This document shows, one piece after another, positions 36,220-49,899 of a stretch of 64,000 nucleotides of DNA. The stretch is taken from NCBI RefSeq assembly GCF_006345805.1, contig NC_043021.1, positions 27,466,001 to 27,530,000 of the forward strand, read 5' to 3'. The position numbers and the translations under genes were made by a program. Source of the DNA: Octopus sinensis (Eukaryota). The notes below the pieces were generated by a model, which was given only the letters and a program-made list of their open reading frames with translations, had not been told where the DNA came from and made no database searches. Every line of letters begins with the position of its first letter. Positions within the stretch are counted from its first letter, which is position 1.

Positions 36220-39200
36220 TTAACAAGAATGTCACAACAGCAACAACCATCCACGCAGCAGCGGAATTTGGTGCTAGTGAGAAGGGCCAATGAGAAGCTG
36301 GTGGCTCTCAAAGCACAAAATGAGAACATTGAAACAGGGTGGGGGGGGGTGATCTGCAGCCCCAACACTTTTAGAGTATCGGAGATCCTAATGATGGTGC
36401 GAATGACATTAGGGACTTTACGAGCATTAAGCGAAGGTACCCGTATGACATTGGATCTCCTTGTGTAACGGCCAACAAATGCCTTTTAAAGGAGCTTCCA
36501 GAGGAATTCAACAAAACAGAATGGGTTGGAGAACCACTCGACCACAACCAGCACCAGAAGGGTAAGTGGCATTCCCTTTTCCCTTTCTTTACTTCCTGGC
36601 TAACATGGAGGTTCTTAAAGTAGGTTCTATAAATGTACGTAGGCTGGGGTCGTCGTGGAAGCAAGGACGCTTGCGTAACTACCTCAGGTGGCTAAGTATT
36701 GATGTAACAGCTATCAGTGTAACTAGGATTGCGGACATACGGGCCTTGGCATCTATTTTCGATGACTGAGTATTCGCATCTCTTAGTTGACGAGGTATGG
36801 GGGTGGTGGTAGTGTTGTTCAGAAGAGGCTTGGATCTCGAGATATGTCGGTCCTCCTGGACCCGGAAAGGTAAGTCGGTGGTCTTGGACGGGAACAATAA
36901 CGAAGACAGTGCTTTTAGACTGGTCGCAGTGTACGCACCGACTGGAGCGGGGTAGCCAGACTTCTTCAGACGTCTCTAGGGACGTCTTACCCTTTAGTGT
37001 TAGCGGGCAATTGGAACGCCATTTTGGATGCATGTGGATTGGGTGGCGCTAGTGGATAGGAAAGTGGGGTGTGCGAGCCTGGCAAATCTTTTCTGTCGTC
37101 CACAGCTGGCGGACAGGTTCAGACAGGATTTCCCGAATACTCCAGTGTGGACATGGGCAAACAGTGTCGGGTCATCCAGATCTTACCTAGACAGGGTATT
37201 TTGTAGGCCAGCAGATAGGAATAGCATAGGTTGTTCGCAATTTGGATTCGTCAACTACACAGACCACAAATTTGTTATCTGTACAGTTGACCTAGATAGG
37301 CTCCATAGGCAGGTCCCCGGGGACTGAAAGCTGAACGCATCCTTCCCGGCGCGTCAAGCTTTCAGCGACCGGCTTAGCAAGTTAGTCCATCGAAAGTTGG
37401 TGGGTGCAGTCGTCAACAACCGATGGCGGCGGGCCCTAAAACGGGCGATTAGAGTAGAAGCTGTAGAATTTAGTAGAAGACTAGCGATAGAAAAAAAACT
37501 AGAGTAGAGGGAGACCTAGTTAGGAAATTAGAAGAGGCACTCAGTAGAGGCTTACCGATCGATGTGCTGGCAGTGAGATTGGTTCTGAACCAATTCTTCA
37601 ACACCAAGCATGAAGGTTGCATTGTCAGAGTTAGGGTAAGATTCTAGGGCACGAGGCAATTAAAGCCGTTCGATGGGCTCGGGTAGCCGAGACGCAACGT
37701 GTCAATAAAACCACAATTCGTCCTTTGATGAGTCGGGATGTGCGCATGCTACGCGAGTCCGAACAGAGTTGTACGGAATTTCAAGGACACTTTCCTGAAC
37801 TGTACGAGGCGCACGGTGGACGAAGGTGAACTTTACCTCCTACCTCGATGGACTGCCGCAGTTTTCAGCCAGGGATACGGAGTTCTGCGAAATGCCGATA
37901 ACAGCGGAAGATATACGTGATGCACTGGACAGTTGCACGAGGGAGAAGTCTCGGGGATTGGATGGTATGCCCTTCGAACTTTATATTCATATGCTTGACT
38001 TGTTCCGTGAGAGATTTCGGTAGATGTCTACTGCAACTGGCAGCTGAACGGGAGAATCCCCAGTCAGTGAACCGAGGTGTGGTGACGCTACTGAGATAAC
38101 TTGAGGCTTGTAGCTCTGCTAAATGCAGATTTAAAAAAAAATTTGACCGAGGTGTAAGCAAAACAGTTGCCGTTTGTCGTGGCCAGACTGGTGGGTGATA
38201 CACAGACTTTCTCTACCCCTAACAGATCTATCCACGACAACCTCTACCTCACGCGATACATCATAGAGAGGGTTGGCAAAGAATCTGGCATGGGTGGGGC
38301 CCTGATCAATTTCGATCAGTCGAAAGCCTTCGATAGGGTCGACCATCGGTACTTGGAAGCTGTCCTTATATCGGCCGGTTTCGGTCCCGTTTTCAGAGGA
38401 TGGCTCGCTGCAATGTACAGCGACATCTGTTCGGTGGCCAAAGTAAATGGCCAGCTCTCAGAATCGTTTAGCATCGCCCGTTCGGTCCGTAAAAGAAGGT
38501 CGCTCTAACCCCTTCTCTACATACTGGCACACCTGCCATTACTGCGGAAGGTGGATGTTTTGGGGGGCATCCCGCGTGAGCTAGGATGCGGAAGAGTTGT
38601 GTCAGCGTATGCAGACGATGTCACCGTGATAGTGTCGGTTGTCTCTGAAATAGAGATGATCGACACTGCCCTAAAGGAAATACGAAGCGGTGACAAGAGG
38701 TAATGTTTAACCAGGAGAAATGAGTAGGCCTGCAGCTCGACAGCTGGAGAGGCATGTCCATGCCGACCGACAGCCTTGTGGGGCGCTGGACGGAAGAACT
38801 GGTTAAGTTGCTGGGGGTCTGGTTCGGTTCGGATATCCAAGTGGACAAGAAGTGGGGCGATGTGACAGATAGGGTGGCCATTTTTACCCAGAAATGGGCC
38901 GAGAGGAAGCTGTCTCTGAAAGGTCGGGCGGAAGTGGCGAATGCGTACATCGCATCCGTCATATACTACCGCCTGACTGTCGTCCCTTATCCCGTTTCGC
39001 GGCTGAGCCGGCTAGTGCATTTGATTTTCTGCTTCCTGTGGAGGAAACAGGTACCGCTTTTCAGACGGTCCATTTTCTGTCCGCAGCCGTTGCTAGGAGG
39101 GCTGGGAATGCCGTGGCTGAGGATGCGCAGACATGCGCTGAGTTTGCAACATCTCCAGCGATACTTTAACAGTATACAGATGTGGTTGCCGTTTGCTGCA

Positions 39201-39335
39201 CGCGCTTTTCCGCTGCTCGACTCCTTGACGGACCTACAGTGCTTGATCAGGCATAGACTGAGACAGGGTACTTGGCACCTAGAGTGTTTCCAAGCGCTCA
39301 CAGCCTTCGGCCAGTCGGGCAATGCGATCGATGGA
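36220..39335 (+). mobile_element. Decayed Tx1/L1-clade LINE (ORF1 remnant, APE endonuclease, RT; 3' end missing)
   Basis: From ATG 36605: GSINVR, FRLVAVYAP, WTW..SYLDRVF, TDHK; RT GLDGMPFE, IHDNL, FDQSKAFDRVDH, AYADDVTV; many stops and frameshifts. Confidence 0.85.
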
Positions 39336-39470
39336 AGTTCCAATTCCTGTCAACATATAGCTACGATGCTTCCCCACTACTTCTGCTCGTGATCAGAGAT
39401 GTACATATTGTCAGCCACTAAGGGATATGCTCAAGTGGTTAAGGTCAAACAACTGACAAGCAAATATGTG

Positions 39471-41135
39471 GTATTATTATTATTATTATTATTCTATGTT
39501 TGACTTTTGCTTTACATTCTCACAAGCTGGCTCCAAGTCTAACCCAGAGATCTCAAGAGACAACAAGTTAGAAGTTCATGCTGGTGTTATGCCTAGTATG
39601 CCATATATTTGGTTTTGTACTTAGTGTTGTACTAGTGAATGTCTAAAAAACCATACGAAAATTATGTTTGTTTTAAAGCTTGAGATTACATAGAAAGTAT
39701 TTTGCGTAGGATATGAGCAGTTCCCACGGGCACTATCTTTTGAATTTCTGCCATTTTGGGGTTTCTTGGTATCTGAGTTAGGTAGCAATTAGCCCCTTTT
39801 ACTATCATTCCCAGGGCACCTATGACAACTGGTATTGTTTTAGTCTTCAGGTTCCACATTTTGCTGATTTCTATTTCAAGATCTTTATATTTGCTCAGTT
39901 TTTGATAGGTCTTGACAGATACGATTATATCGATTGGGACAGTCATATCAATGAGGAGGCATGTTTTCTGATTGAAGTCTTTCAATATGATGTCTGGCCT
40001 ATTTGCATCAATCTTTCTGTCAGTTTGAATGGTGAAGTTCCAGAGGAGTGAGATGTGGTCATTTTCAAGCACTGGAGGTGGATTGTGTTTCCACCAGTTT
40101 TTTTCATGGGGCAAATCCAGGTTTTTGCAAATTATCCAGTGAATATATAGTGCAGCTCTATCATGCCTGTTGAGATACTCTGTAGGCGCAAGAAGACTGC
40201 ATTTGGAGACAACATGGTCAATGGTTTCATTTTGTTGTTGACATACACGACATGTTGGGCTACTGCATTTCTTTAATATGTTGGCCTGGTAGTTCCTTGT
40301 AGGTAGGCTATGATAAACCCTTCTGTTTCAGATTTTAAGCCAGAGGCCATTAGCCATTGATGGGTCAGGGCTTTGTCAACATCTGCATTATTCGCTCTCT
40401 TTGGGTATTTGCCATTGAGAGGTTTTCCTTGCCATTTATCAATCAGAATATCTAAGGCCGCAGTTTTAGCACGGGTTTTCATGCGCTTAGCTTTTTCTGT
40501 TTGTTTCTTGCATGTCTAATTCCGAAATTTGTTGTATTCGGACTTCACTTAGATATTCCTTTGCCTGTTTTGTTACTGAGTATGATGCTTTCTTGTTTTC
40601 ATGTTTTGAGACAAGTTTTAACATCCAGTCCTGAGTTTTTCAGGTAGGTGTCTAGGCCAATTGTAGCAATCTTCATTGTTATTGCCAGTTGTAAAAGTCC
40701 ACGGCCTCCCTCTTTTCTTGGCAGGTAAAGTCGTTCTATATCTGCCTTAGAGTGGTGCATTCTATGCATTGTCAACAGGTTTCGTATTTTTCTGTTAAGA
40801 TTACATATTTCAGTAATTGACCAGTTAACGATATTGAAACTGTAAGTCACGACTGGTATGGCTAAAACATTCATCGCTTCGATCCTGCTTCTCGCATTCA
40901 GCTCTGTCTTGAGTATTGCTCTTACTCTGCGATAACATTCTCTCCTGATCTTTTCCTTCATCATTGAATGCCTTACTCCGTCCCCTTCAATTACCCCTAG
41001 GTTTGTAGCTCTCCGCTGTGTCTAACTCTTTTATGACATTCTGCTGGTCAAGGTTAACGTTAGATGTTTCTGTCATCTTTCCTTTGACAAAGGTGGCTTT
41101 TGCACATTTATCGAGGCCAAATTGCATTCTGATAT
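39471..41135 (-). mobile_element. 5'-truncated, decayed R4/Dong element
   Basis: FGLDKCAK, LYLPRKEGGRGL, KPLNGKY, RPDI..IDMTVP..KYKDL..AHILRKILSM; (AAT)n tail at 39471-39491, (GAT)n at the 5' junction. Confidence 0.9.
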
Positions 41136-41151
41136 TATCATCATCATCATC

Positions 41152-41186
<35 letters not shown>

Positions 41187-41344
41187 TTCAGTTTGCCAAG
41201 AATCGGAGAAAGATCAGAGGGAAAAATGAATGCGTTTGGTTGATGTATAATCAAATGAAAAACAGATACTGGTAACATCCAATGGCAGCTTCAAATGAGA
41301 ATGTTCGACGATAATTCATAGTGAGAAGTGGTGTATGATTGTAC

Positions 41345-41510
41345 GTATGTATTCTCCACCACTGCTTGATAACCGGCGATGTTCTGTTTACGTCCTCATA
41401 ACCTGGTGGTTCGGAAAAGAAGTAACTACTGGGTCGATTTCTTCGACCGAAATACTCCAAGTCGGCGTCCCGTCATGGTTGCGGCCCAGTGACTGAAAGA
41501 AGTGACATAT
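41345..41510 (+). mobile_element. SINE family B tail, diverged
   Basis: GCTTGATAACCG..GGTTCGGAAAAG..GGGTCGATTT..CAGTGACTGAAA. Confidence 0.6.
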
Positions 41511-41754
41511 AAAATATATATTACATTTCCCTTTCAAGTAAAGTTTTTTTTTCTTGGCAATATTCCTAGCAGACTTTACCATATGACATCGATGTAATTT
41601 ATTGTTTTGTTGCCCTTTGCCAGCTTCCGGTCGATTTGTCGTGCGGTAAAAAGAAAAAAAAAACATTTACCAGTTTTACATTATTTACTTCTGGGTGGCT
41701 TCTGCTTAAGTTCATATCCCTCAAGGGGGTCGGTCAACTTTGCCTTTGAATTTG

Positions 41755-42292
41755 TTATCGTAATCATCATCATCATTATCGTCATCATCATCACTATCAT
41801 CATTATTATTATTTTCATATACACACAACAGATTAGACTGTTGGAAAAAAAATTCTAACACCGGGCTACAAAAAGTAACCTTAGATGGCAAAACCCCTCC
41901 TAAGTATCCTAACTGTCCCAAATAACATTATATCGGAAGCTGTACTGAACTGGGTTTTATACCCATTTCTTCCATCCATCTATTCGAACCTTTAGGGATA
42001 GTTCCCTATGCACCTATGAATACAGAGATACACTTTACTCGCACATTCCATACTCTCTGTAACTCAATGGTTAGGTCCTGGTACTTTGCTATTTTTTCCA
42101 TACTCCTCATATTGATTTTTCATCTTTTGGGACTGTAAAGTCAGCTATCTGGGACTTTCTATTCTCTACCCTGCATTTGCCTTCCTTAATACTAAACTGA
42201 GGGGTTTCAAGCATAAGACAAATATTAAAGAGGATAACGAGTCTCCTTGAAAAATTCCTCTTTCGATATTTATCTTCCCGAAGACTGTCATT
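41755..42292 (-). mobile_element. Internally deleted R4/Dong remnant
   Basis: INIERGIFQGDSLS..LCLKPLS joined directly to the RLE segment DFTVP..AKYQDLTIELQRVWNV; (AAT/GAT)n tail. Confidence 0.75.
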
Positions 42293-42454
42293 TGAGTAGA
42301 GATCTGTCTGTCTTCACTTTCGGGATCAACTTTGCCCTTCATCCTTTCGATATCGATAAATCAAGTACCAGTGAAACACTGGAATCGATGTAATAGACAA
42401 GTTTCCTCCTCACAAAAATTAGTAGAAACGATTATTCTTATTAGTCAAGAGTTT

Positions 42455-42625
42455 TATTTTCTTCACCTGTTTTCACAGCATTACCGAGCGCAGCTCTTTG
42501 GGACTTGGGTATGTGGCGTAGTTGGTTTTGCTGTTATCATTTCTTAGTGTATTGAATGTGCTTTACGTAGGATGTGTACACAGTAATAGTGTACACATTA
42601 TAAACACTGTAATAGTGTACACATT
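42455..42625 (-). mobile_element. R4/Dong 3'-end fragment
   Basis: VHILRKAHSIH* and the 3' UTR motif CACATACCCAAG..GAGCTGCGCTCGGTA shared with 12020-12052. Confidence 0.7.
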
Positions 42626-42889
42626 ATAAACAGTAATAATAACAATAATAACACACCCAAAAAGCAGTGCTCTTTTGGTTTGTTATTATTGTTATTATTA
42701 CTGTTTGTAATTGACCGAAGTTTAGTTCTGGCGGGTATTTTGTAATTTTACATTCTTTTTCCCTTTATTCTCTCTCATATATTTCGGAAGTATCAGTTTC
42801 TTAAATTTCTTGTAAGGTTTCTAGTTAACATTGTCAATTTCATCAAGTGTTGATACATAATTTCTTTTAAATTCTATATATCCTTTTAC

Positions 42890-42906
42890 ACACACACACA
42901 CACACA

Positions 42907-42944
<38 letters not shown>

Positions 42945-42952
42945 TGAAGGCG

Positions 42953-42983
<31 letters not shown>

Positions 42984-43005
42984 ATGTGTGTGTTTGTGTG
43001 TGCGA

Positions 43006-43103
<98 letters not shown>

Positions 43104-43219
43104 TGTTTGTGTGTGCGAATATATATATATATATACACACTTAGACCCAGCATGGCCACAGCTCGTGAGCTGAAACTAGATAAAATAAAATAAAATAAAA
43201 ATATGTATATATATATATG

Positions 43220-43285
<66 letters not shown>

Positions 43286-43404
43286 GCATATATGTATATA
43301 TATATATATATGTATATATATATTATATATATATGTATATATATATATTATATATATATATGTAAATATATATATATGTATATATGTATATATGTATATA
43401 TATG

Positions 43405-43438
<34 letters not shown>

Positions 43439-43730
43439 AATATATATATATGTATATATGTATGTATATATATATATAAATATATACATATATATGTGTG
43501 GTGTGTGTGTGTGTGTGTATGCACACACATGTATACATTTTGTGAGTATAGGTTTGTGTGTGTTTGCGAGTGTATGTGCATCTTTGTGTGTGTGTGTATG
43601 TGTGTGTATGTGTGTGTTTGTGTGTGCGAATATATATATATATATATACACACTTAGACCCAGCATGGCCACAGCTCGTGAGCTGAAACTAGATAAAATA
43701 AAATAAAATAAAAATATGTATATATATATG

Positions 43731-43799
<69 letters not shown>

Positions 43800-43808
43800 G
43801 CATATATG

Positions 43809-43839
<31 letters not shown>

Positions 43840-43995
43840 TATATATATGTATATATATATATTATATATATATATGTAAATATATATATATGTATATATG
43901 TATATATGTATATATATATATATTATATATATGTATATATATATATAATATATATATATATGTATATATATGTATATATATATATAAATATATAC

Positions 43996-44035
<40 letters not shown>
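42890..44035. repeat. Compound (TA)/(TG) microsatellite field containing a tandem duplication of about 513 bp
   Basis: CACTTAGACCCAGCATGGCCACAGCTCGTGAGC occurs at 43138 and 43651. Confidence 0.9.
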
Positions 44036-44037
<2 letters not shown>

Positions 44038-44429
44038 ATATAGCATTATATAGCTGACAAAAAAAAAGTACGTTGTCGGAGCACATAGGTCGAAACCGAC
44101 GGGAGAGTCCATGATATATATATATATGTTTAACTTGTACCTTGTTCACTTGTATAGCTTTTCCGAAATAGGAGATTGTAAGCAAGTTCCTCATTTCCTT
44201 TCCTGGCTTCGGCAGCTGCTATATATAGATTAGTTGAAAATTGACTCGTAATATTTATACTCGCCTCATCTCTTTTCAATTCCATTAATATATACCCGTT
44301 CACATTTTTGTATTATGAATGCTGTTACTCTACTAGCAAATATTACCTTGGGTTAGTTTAGGGTCGTTGGATTTCGGTAGATATATAACACTAGATATAT
44401 AACATAGGGTTTTTGTTGTCTGATATTGG

Positions 44430-45990
44430 AGAAATATTTCTTACTAATTCTGGGGTGCTGATTTCAAAGATGAAATCCATTTTGCTCTATCACGTCAAGA
44501 TTTTTCACAAACTCAGACGTCCATTTTTCAACATTTCTGGTATTGTCACCATTTCTAAGGATAGATTTAATTTCATCAAACGCTAACCCAAATTTGGCAT
44601 AACTTTGGAAACATAGTTTTTCAATATCATTTAAAGTAAATACAACTGCGAAAGTGAAAACAAAAGCCATGGTTTAAGTATCTTCAGTAAATAAAATGTA
44701 TCAAACTTGAGCAACTTTCACTATTTTCAACTTACCCAGCTTCAAATATCATGACGATGGTAGAAATGTCCTTTTTACAATTAGATGTTAAGAAACAACA
44801 TATTTCTGTGGTCCTTGACACTATACATGTCTCATATTTGCGAAATTTGTTTGCAGATACGCCCACGCTCTGCTATCATTGCAAACTAGATGAGACATGT
44901 TTTCATAAACTTTTGTTTCTTGTGAAAATTCTTATTTTGAATGTGCCCTTAATGTCTTAATTGTGGAGTCTCATGGGTCAAGGTCACTTTTCGTCAAGCA
45001 TGGTCAAAGAACTGTAAAAAGAACTTCATGGTGTGTGTATACTCTTCATGGAACTTTGCCATCACAAATCTGCATTTGCTTACTTTATAACTGTTGAATA
45101 TTGTGATAATGCTTTTCCCTGGTGATAACTGGCTTGAACATGTTTTATAGTTCTGAAATATGGCCAGTTGTGAGAGAAGTGAATGTAAAAACAGCCCTGA
45201 TGTCTCTGCTTATTTCTGGATTAGGCAGGGGAAAAAATCACAGATTTTGTGACGGAAGCTTACCTTACTTCCTTAATTTAGCATGAAACTGGGTGACAAG
45301 ACAACAAAGCCTGCGCATCCCATATCGTATATAAAAAATGTGTTGAGACATTGAGATAGGGACTACTTCAAATACTTAAGCAGAAAATTTCCAGTTTTGT
45401 TTTGTGATAAAATCAAGTTTGGTGTGTTTGATGGGCCACTTATTAAGTGCCTATTGCAGGATGAGCTGTTTTTGACATTGAAAAAGAAGCATGGAAAGCT
45501 TTTGCGGCTGCTGTGTCTGATTTCTTAGGAAATAAGAAGCCATTAGATTAGATTGTGCAGCCTCTGTTAACCAGTTTTCGAGCGCTGAGCTGCAACATGA
45601 GTGTAAATGTGCATTTCGTGCACAAACACCTGGACTACTTGCTTGAAAATCATAAGGCAATAATTGATGAGCAAGGAGATAGATTCAACCAAGATACCGA
45701 AAGCATGGGGACAGGGTATGAAGGCCGATGGAACACCAACGCCATGTTGTCTATTGCTGGTCACTGCAAAGAGATTGCTTTGATGCAATTTATTCTCATA
45801 AAGCTGCAAAGAAACAGTTCATTCCTTGTGAAGCTGACAGATATTTGGCAGACATATCTATTCTAATTAGTGTAATTAAACATTTTGTGTAATGTATCTG
45901 TTAAACATTAAAACTTACTATTTAGTTGGTGTTAGCTTTTCATTTCAGTATTGCATTTAATGGCAAAATCGACGTTTTTTTGGGGTAAAA
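44430..45990 (+). mobile_element. Decayed DNA transposon, Chapaev3/CMC-like transposase remnant
   Basis: GVFDGP..FLGNKK..CNMSVNVHFVHKHLDYL..DEQGDRFNQD..GRWN; terminal-like GGGGTGCTGATTTCAAA..CTATCACGTC. Superfamily assignment is from memory. Confidence 0.6.
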
Positions 45991-46218
45991 AAATGAATTC
46001 CTGTTTAAGAAAAGACTTGAGATGATAGAAAATTTTACATTCTTTTTCCTTTTATTCTCTCTCATATATTTCGGAAGTATTAGTTTCTTAAATTTCTTGT
46101 AAGATTTCTTGTTCACATTGTCAATTTCATCAAGTGTTGAGGGCATTTCTGAACCCGGCCCCATCAAATTAGGTAGGACTAATTGCAAAAAGAAAGACAA
46201 CTAAGATTTTTTTCAAAA

Positions 46219-46355
46219 GGCGGAGGAGTGGCTGTGTGGTAAGTAGCTTGCTTACACCTTGAGCAAGTGTCTTCTACTATAGCCTCGGGCCGACCAAAGC
46301 TTTGTGAGTGGATTTGGTAGATGGAAAGTGGAAAGCCCGTCGTATATATGTATAT

Positions 46356-46436
<81 letters not shown>

Positions 46437-46722
46437 GTGTGTGTGTGTGTGTGGTGTGTGTGTGTGTGTATGTGTGTGTATGTGTGTGTGTGTGTGTTTG
46501 TGAGTGTGTGTGTGTGTATGTTTGTGGATCTGTGTTTGTACCCCAACATCGCTTGACAACCGATGCTGGTGTGTTTACGTCCCGTCACTTAGCAGTTCGG
46601 CAAAAGACACCGATAGTATAAGTACTAGGCTTACAGAGAATAAATCCAGGGGTCGATTTGCTCGACTAAAGGCGGTGCTCCAGCATGGCCGCAGTCAAAA
46701 GACTGATACAAATAAAAGAAAG
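46219..46722 (+). mobile_element. SINE family B with internal microsatellite
   Basis: Head, core, internal (TA)(TG) and tail all present. Confidence 0.9.
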
Positions 46723-46737
46723 TGTAAATGAGGATTA

Positions 46738-46940
46738 GGACGACGAGCTGGCCGGTCCATGAGCACGCCGGTTAAAATGCTTAACGGGGGTTTCGTCTGT
46801 CTTTACGTTCTAAGTTCAAATTCCATTGAGGTCGATTTTGCCTAGAATCCCTTCGAGGTCGGTGAAATAAGTACCAGTTGAGCATTGGGGTCGATGTAAC
46901 CGACTTTTCATCCATCCACTCCGAAATCGCCGGCCTTGTT
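46738..46940 (+). mobile_element. SINE family A, diverged
   Basis: GACGAGCTGG..GTTCAAATTCC..AAGTACCAG..GGGGTCGATG. Confidence 0.75.
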
Positions 46941-47089
46941 CCTAAATTCGAAACCAATAATTATTGAGGCCTTGTGCCTATTAAAGAAAAGGATTGATAA
47001 TTGAGGACTTCTTTATTTTAATTATGTAACCCTTTTCATGGTTGAATTAGGTTAGATACATATTTTCCGTTGTTTTCCCTTTAGTTTTA

Positions 47090-47460
47090 TACTTGTTTCA
47101 GCCATTGGACTGCGTTCTTGCTGAGACACCGTCTTGAAGTGTTTAGTCGAAGAAATATCGGCCCCTGTACTAGTATTATTTTCTTCTAAGACAAATACGT
47201 TTCTTATCATCCCTTCTGCCTAACAACTGAGTTGCGCGGACAAAACAAAATGACATCGGCTGTCAAGCGTTGGTGGGATCAGAAACATGAATACAAAGGT
47301 ACATATACAAATACACATAGAGATATACAATAAGCTTTCACAGAGTTTCCCCTCTACCGAATTCATTCACCAGTCATTGGTCGGCCTTGGGTTGTAATAG
47401 AAAACATTTGCTCAATGTACCACGTGATGGGACTGAACCCCAAACCAAATTGTTAGTCAA
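47090..47460 (-). mobile_element. SINE family B, diverged
   Basis: TTGTTTCAGCCA.. through ..GGGACTGAACCC. Confidence 0.7.
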
Positions 47461-47594
47461 AAGCATTTAATCTATCTTAATCATAGAACAATGCTTAGAC
47501 ATGATTCTTATTCAGAAGTTTCAGCTTTAGAACTTTCTCTTGCTGGGACTCTTCGAGACTGTAGATATGATTCGGCGTCTGTTAGTAAATATTT

Positions 47595-47792
47595 ATTTCA
47601 AATTTTGGCACAAAGCCAGCAATTCCGGGAGAAGGGGAAGTCGAATACATCGACCCCAGTGTTCACCCGATACTTATCAATGAAAAGCAAAGTCGACCTC
47701 CGCGGAATTTGAACTCAGAACGAAATGACGGACGAAATACCGCGAAGGAATTTTCTTCTTGGTGTGCTAACGATTCTGTCAGCTCGCCGCCT
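47595..47792 (-). mobile_element. SINE family A
   Basis: AAAGTCGACCTCCGCGGAATTTGAACTCAGAAC..CAGCTCGCCGCC. Confidence 0.8.
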
Positions 47793-48459
47793 TGCCTTCA
47801 TTAGTAAATATAAAATTGGTAAACTTCATATTCAACCTGGTATCTTAAGCCCCAAGAATATACTTCGATGACAACGTTAATCCATTGCATGTTAGGTTCC
47901 CAGATGATCCGGAATCACAGACAACAAACCAGCGATGCCGACTCGAACTTTCTTATAATCTGCCTGAAATAACAGCCAAATGTTCCTCAAGCGTCATTAT
48001 ACGATTTCCTGTTATGTATATAAATATGAACAAACAGTGTGTCTGATTTAATAGATAGCTAGGTTTGATAGAAATGGGAATAAAATCTCCCTCAAATCAC
48101 ATCCTACAACCCTAGGAATATATATTTGAGCGTTTCTAATCCTTGTAGAAGTTACAGATGTCTCCTTCAAGTCGCATCTTCCTTCAGTGTATGTCTGCAT
48201 GTATGAGTCAACGGGGGGAGAGCTGTTCTCACCAACTTCTGTTCCTATACCTCCCAATTATATAATGTTCCTAGCATCTATGAGCTGGGCATCATTATAA
48301 CAATTGCAAAGCACAACAAAAACCCAATATTAATCTAATTTTCTGTCCGTCACCCATTAGCCTAAAACTTCTAGAAAATCTTAACTCACACATCTCCCAT
48401 GTTGTGTAAGATACACAACACGGACCAATACCACTATACTCAATAATGCAACAATAATG

Positions 48460-48890
48460 GCTTCAAAGTTTGGTATAAAGCAATTTTAAGCGCAGGACTC
48501 AAGTCAATTGTATCGACTCCAGTGCGCAACTGGTATTTATTTTCCGACCCCAAAAGAACGAAAGGCAAAGTGGGCTACAGAGAAATTTGAACTCATAAAG
48601 TAAAGACCCGGAAGAAATGCCACTAAACAATTCTTCCAACAATCATATGATTCTGCCAGCTATCCACCTTGATAACCCTTTCTACTATGGCATAAGGCCT
48701 GAAACTTGGGGAAGGGGATAGTCAATTACATTGACTCCAGTACACAACTGGTATTTATTTCATCGACTCTGAACGGATGAAAGGCAAAGTCGACCCCGGT
48801 GGAATTTGAATGCAGAACGTCCTTAAGACGGACGAAATACTGCTAAGCATTTTCTCGGCGTGCTAATGATTCTGTTAGGTCACCGCCTTA
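48460..48890 (-). mobile_element. Two adjacent SINE family A copies, diverged
   Basis: Family A motifs twice, junction near 48675. Confidence 0.75.
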
Positions 48891-49339
48891 AAGCTCGCCA
48901 ACTTAATAATGGTTTCAAACTTTGGGATCTAGTAAATTACATTGAATCAGTACTTTACGGTAAAACTCCGGACATGTTCTAATCACCAAATAAAAGATAA
49001 ATACAAACTGTTTTTACTTCAAATTCCAAATTTGTATTAATATTTGATACGATGAATTTCATAAGCGAAACCGGTAATAATTTATATTTTCTCTCTCTCT
49101 CTCTATATATATATAAGCATTTTTTAATCGTTTTATTAATTTACTTCCATTTTACATATATGAAAAGTTTATTTGTATAGATCTCTAATATTTTTCAACT
49201 ATACATACATGCATGGAAACATGCATACATATATATGTATATATATAAACATACATATATATATATATATATATAAACATACATATATATATATATAAAC
49301 ATATATATATATATATATATATCTATATATATATATATA

Positions 49340-49505
49340 CATATATGTGTGTGTGTGTGTGACGGGCTTCCAGATAGTTTCCATATGCCAAATTCACTCG
49401 CTAATATACCGAGAGGTACAGTAGAAGGCAACTGCTGAAGGTCCTGAGTAATGGGACTGAAGCCCAAACCACGTGGGTGCAATGAGCTCTTCTAAACCAC
49501 ACAGC
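49340..49505 (-). mobile_element. SINE family B head, diverged
   Basis: GACGGGCTTC..CCAAATTCACTC..GGGACTGAAGCC. Confidence 0.6.
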
Positions 49506-49899
49506 TTCGCCTAAAGCACAGATTTATGACAAAAAAACTCTATTTATATAGAACTAAAGTACACCTTTATATAAAAATATTTTCCGTAGAGAAACTAAAT
49601 TAGCTTTATAGGAAATTGCCAAATCAATAACAATTTTGATTGAAGAGATTAGTATTTTGAATAATCTTCTGTTTCTATGAAACATATTTATTGCTTTTAT
49701 TTTAAAGTATGTTTTTTTTTTGTTTTCTTTCGAAAACAATTTCGTTCTGAATTAGTTAAATATAATATTTCGAAAGTAAAATGAAAATATTACTTATCGT
49801 CTCTAGGTCAACTGTAATGATTCTGCGGAGACAACGAGTTCTCTATGAGGTTCTCCTATACATATAAATACACACAGATACAAACAAATACGTTCATGC

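Noticed and set aside
48048-48257. 69-aa minus-strand ORF with coding-like composition
   Set aside because: No recognisable motif, an in-frame stop just upstream and no good acceptor.
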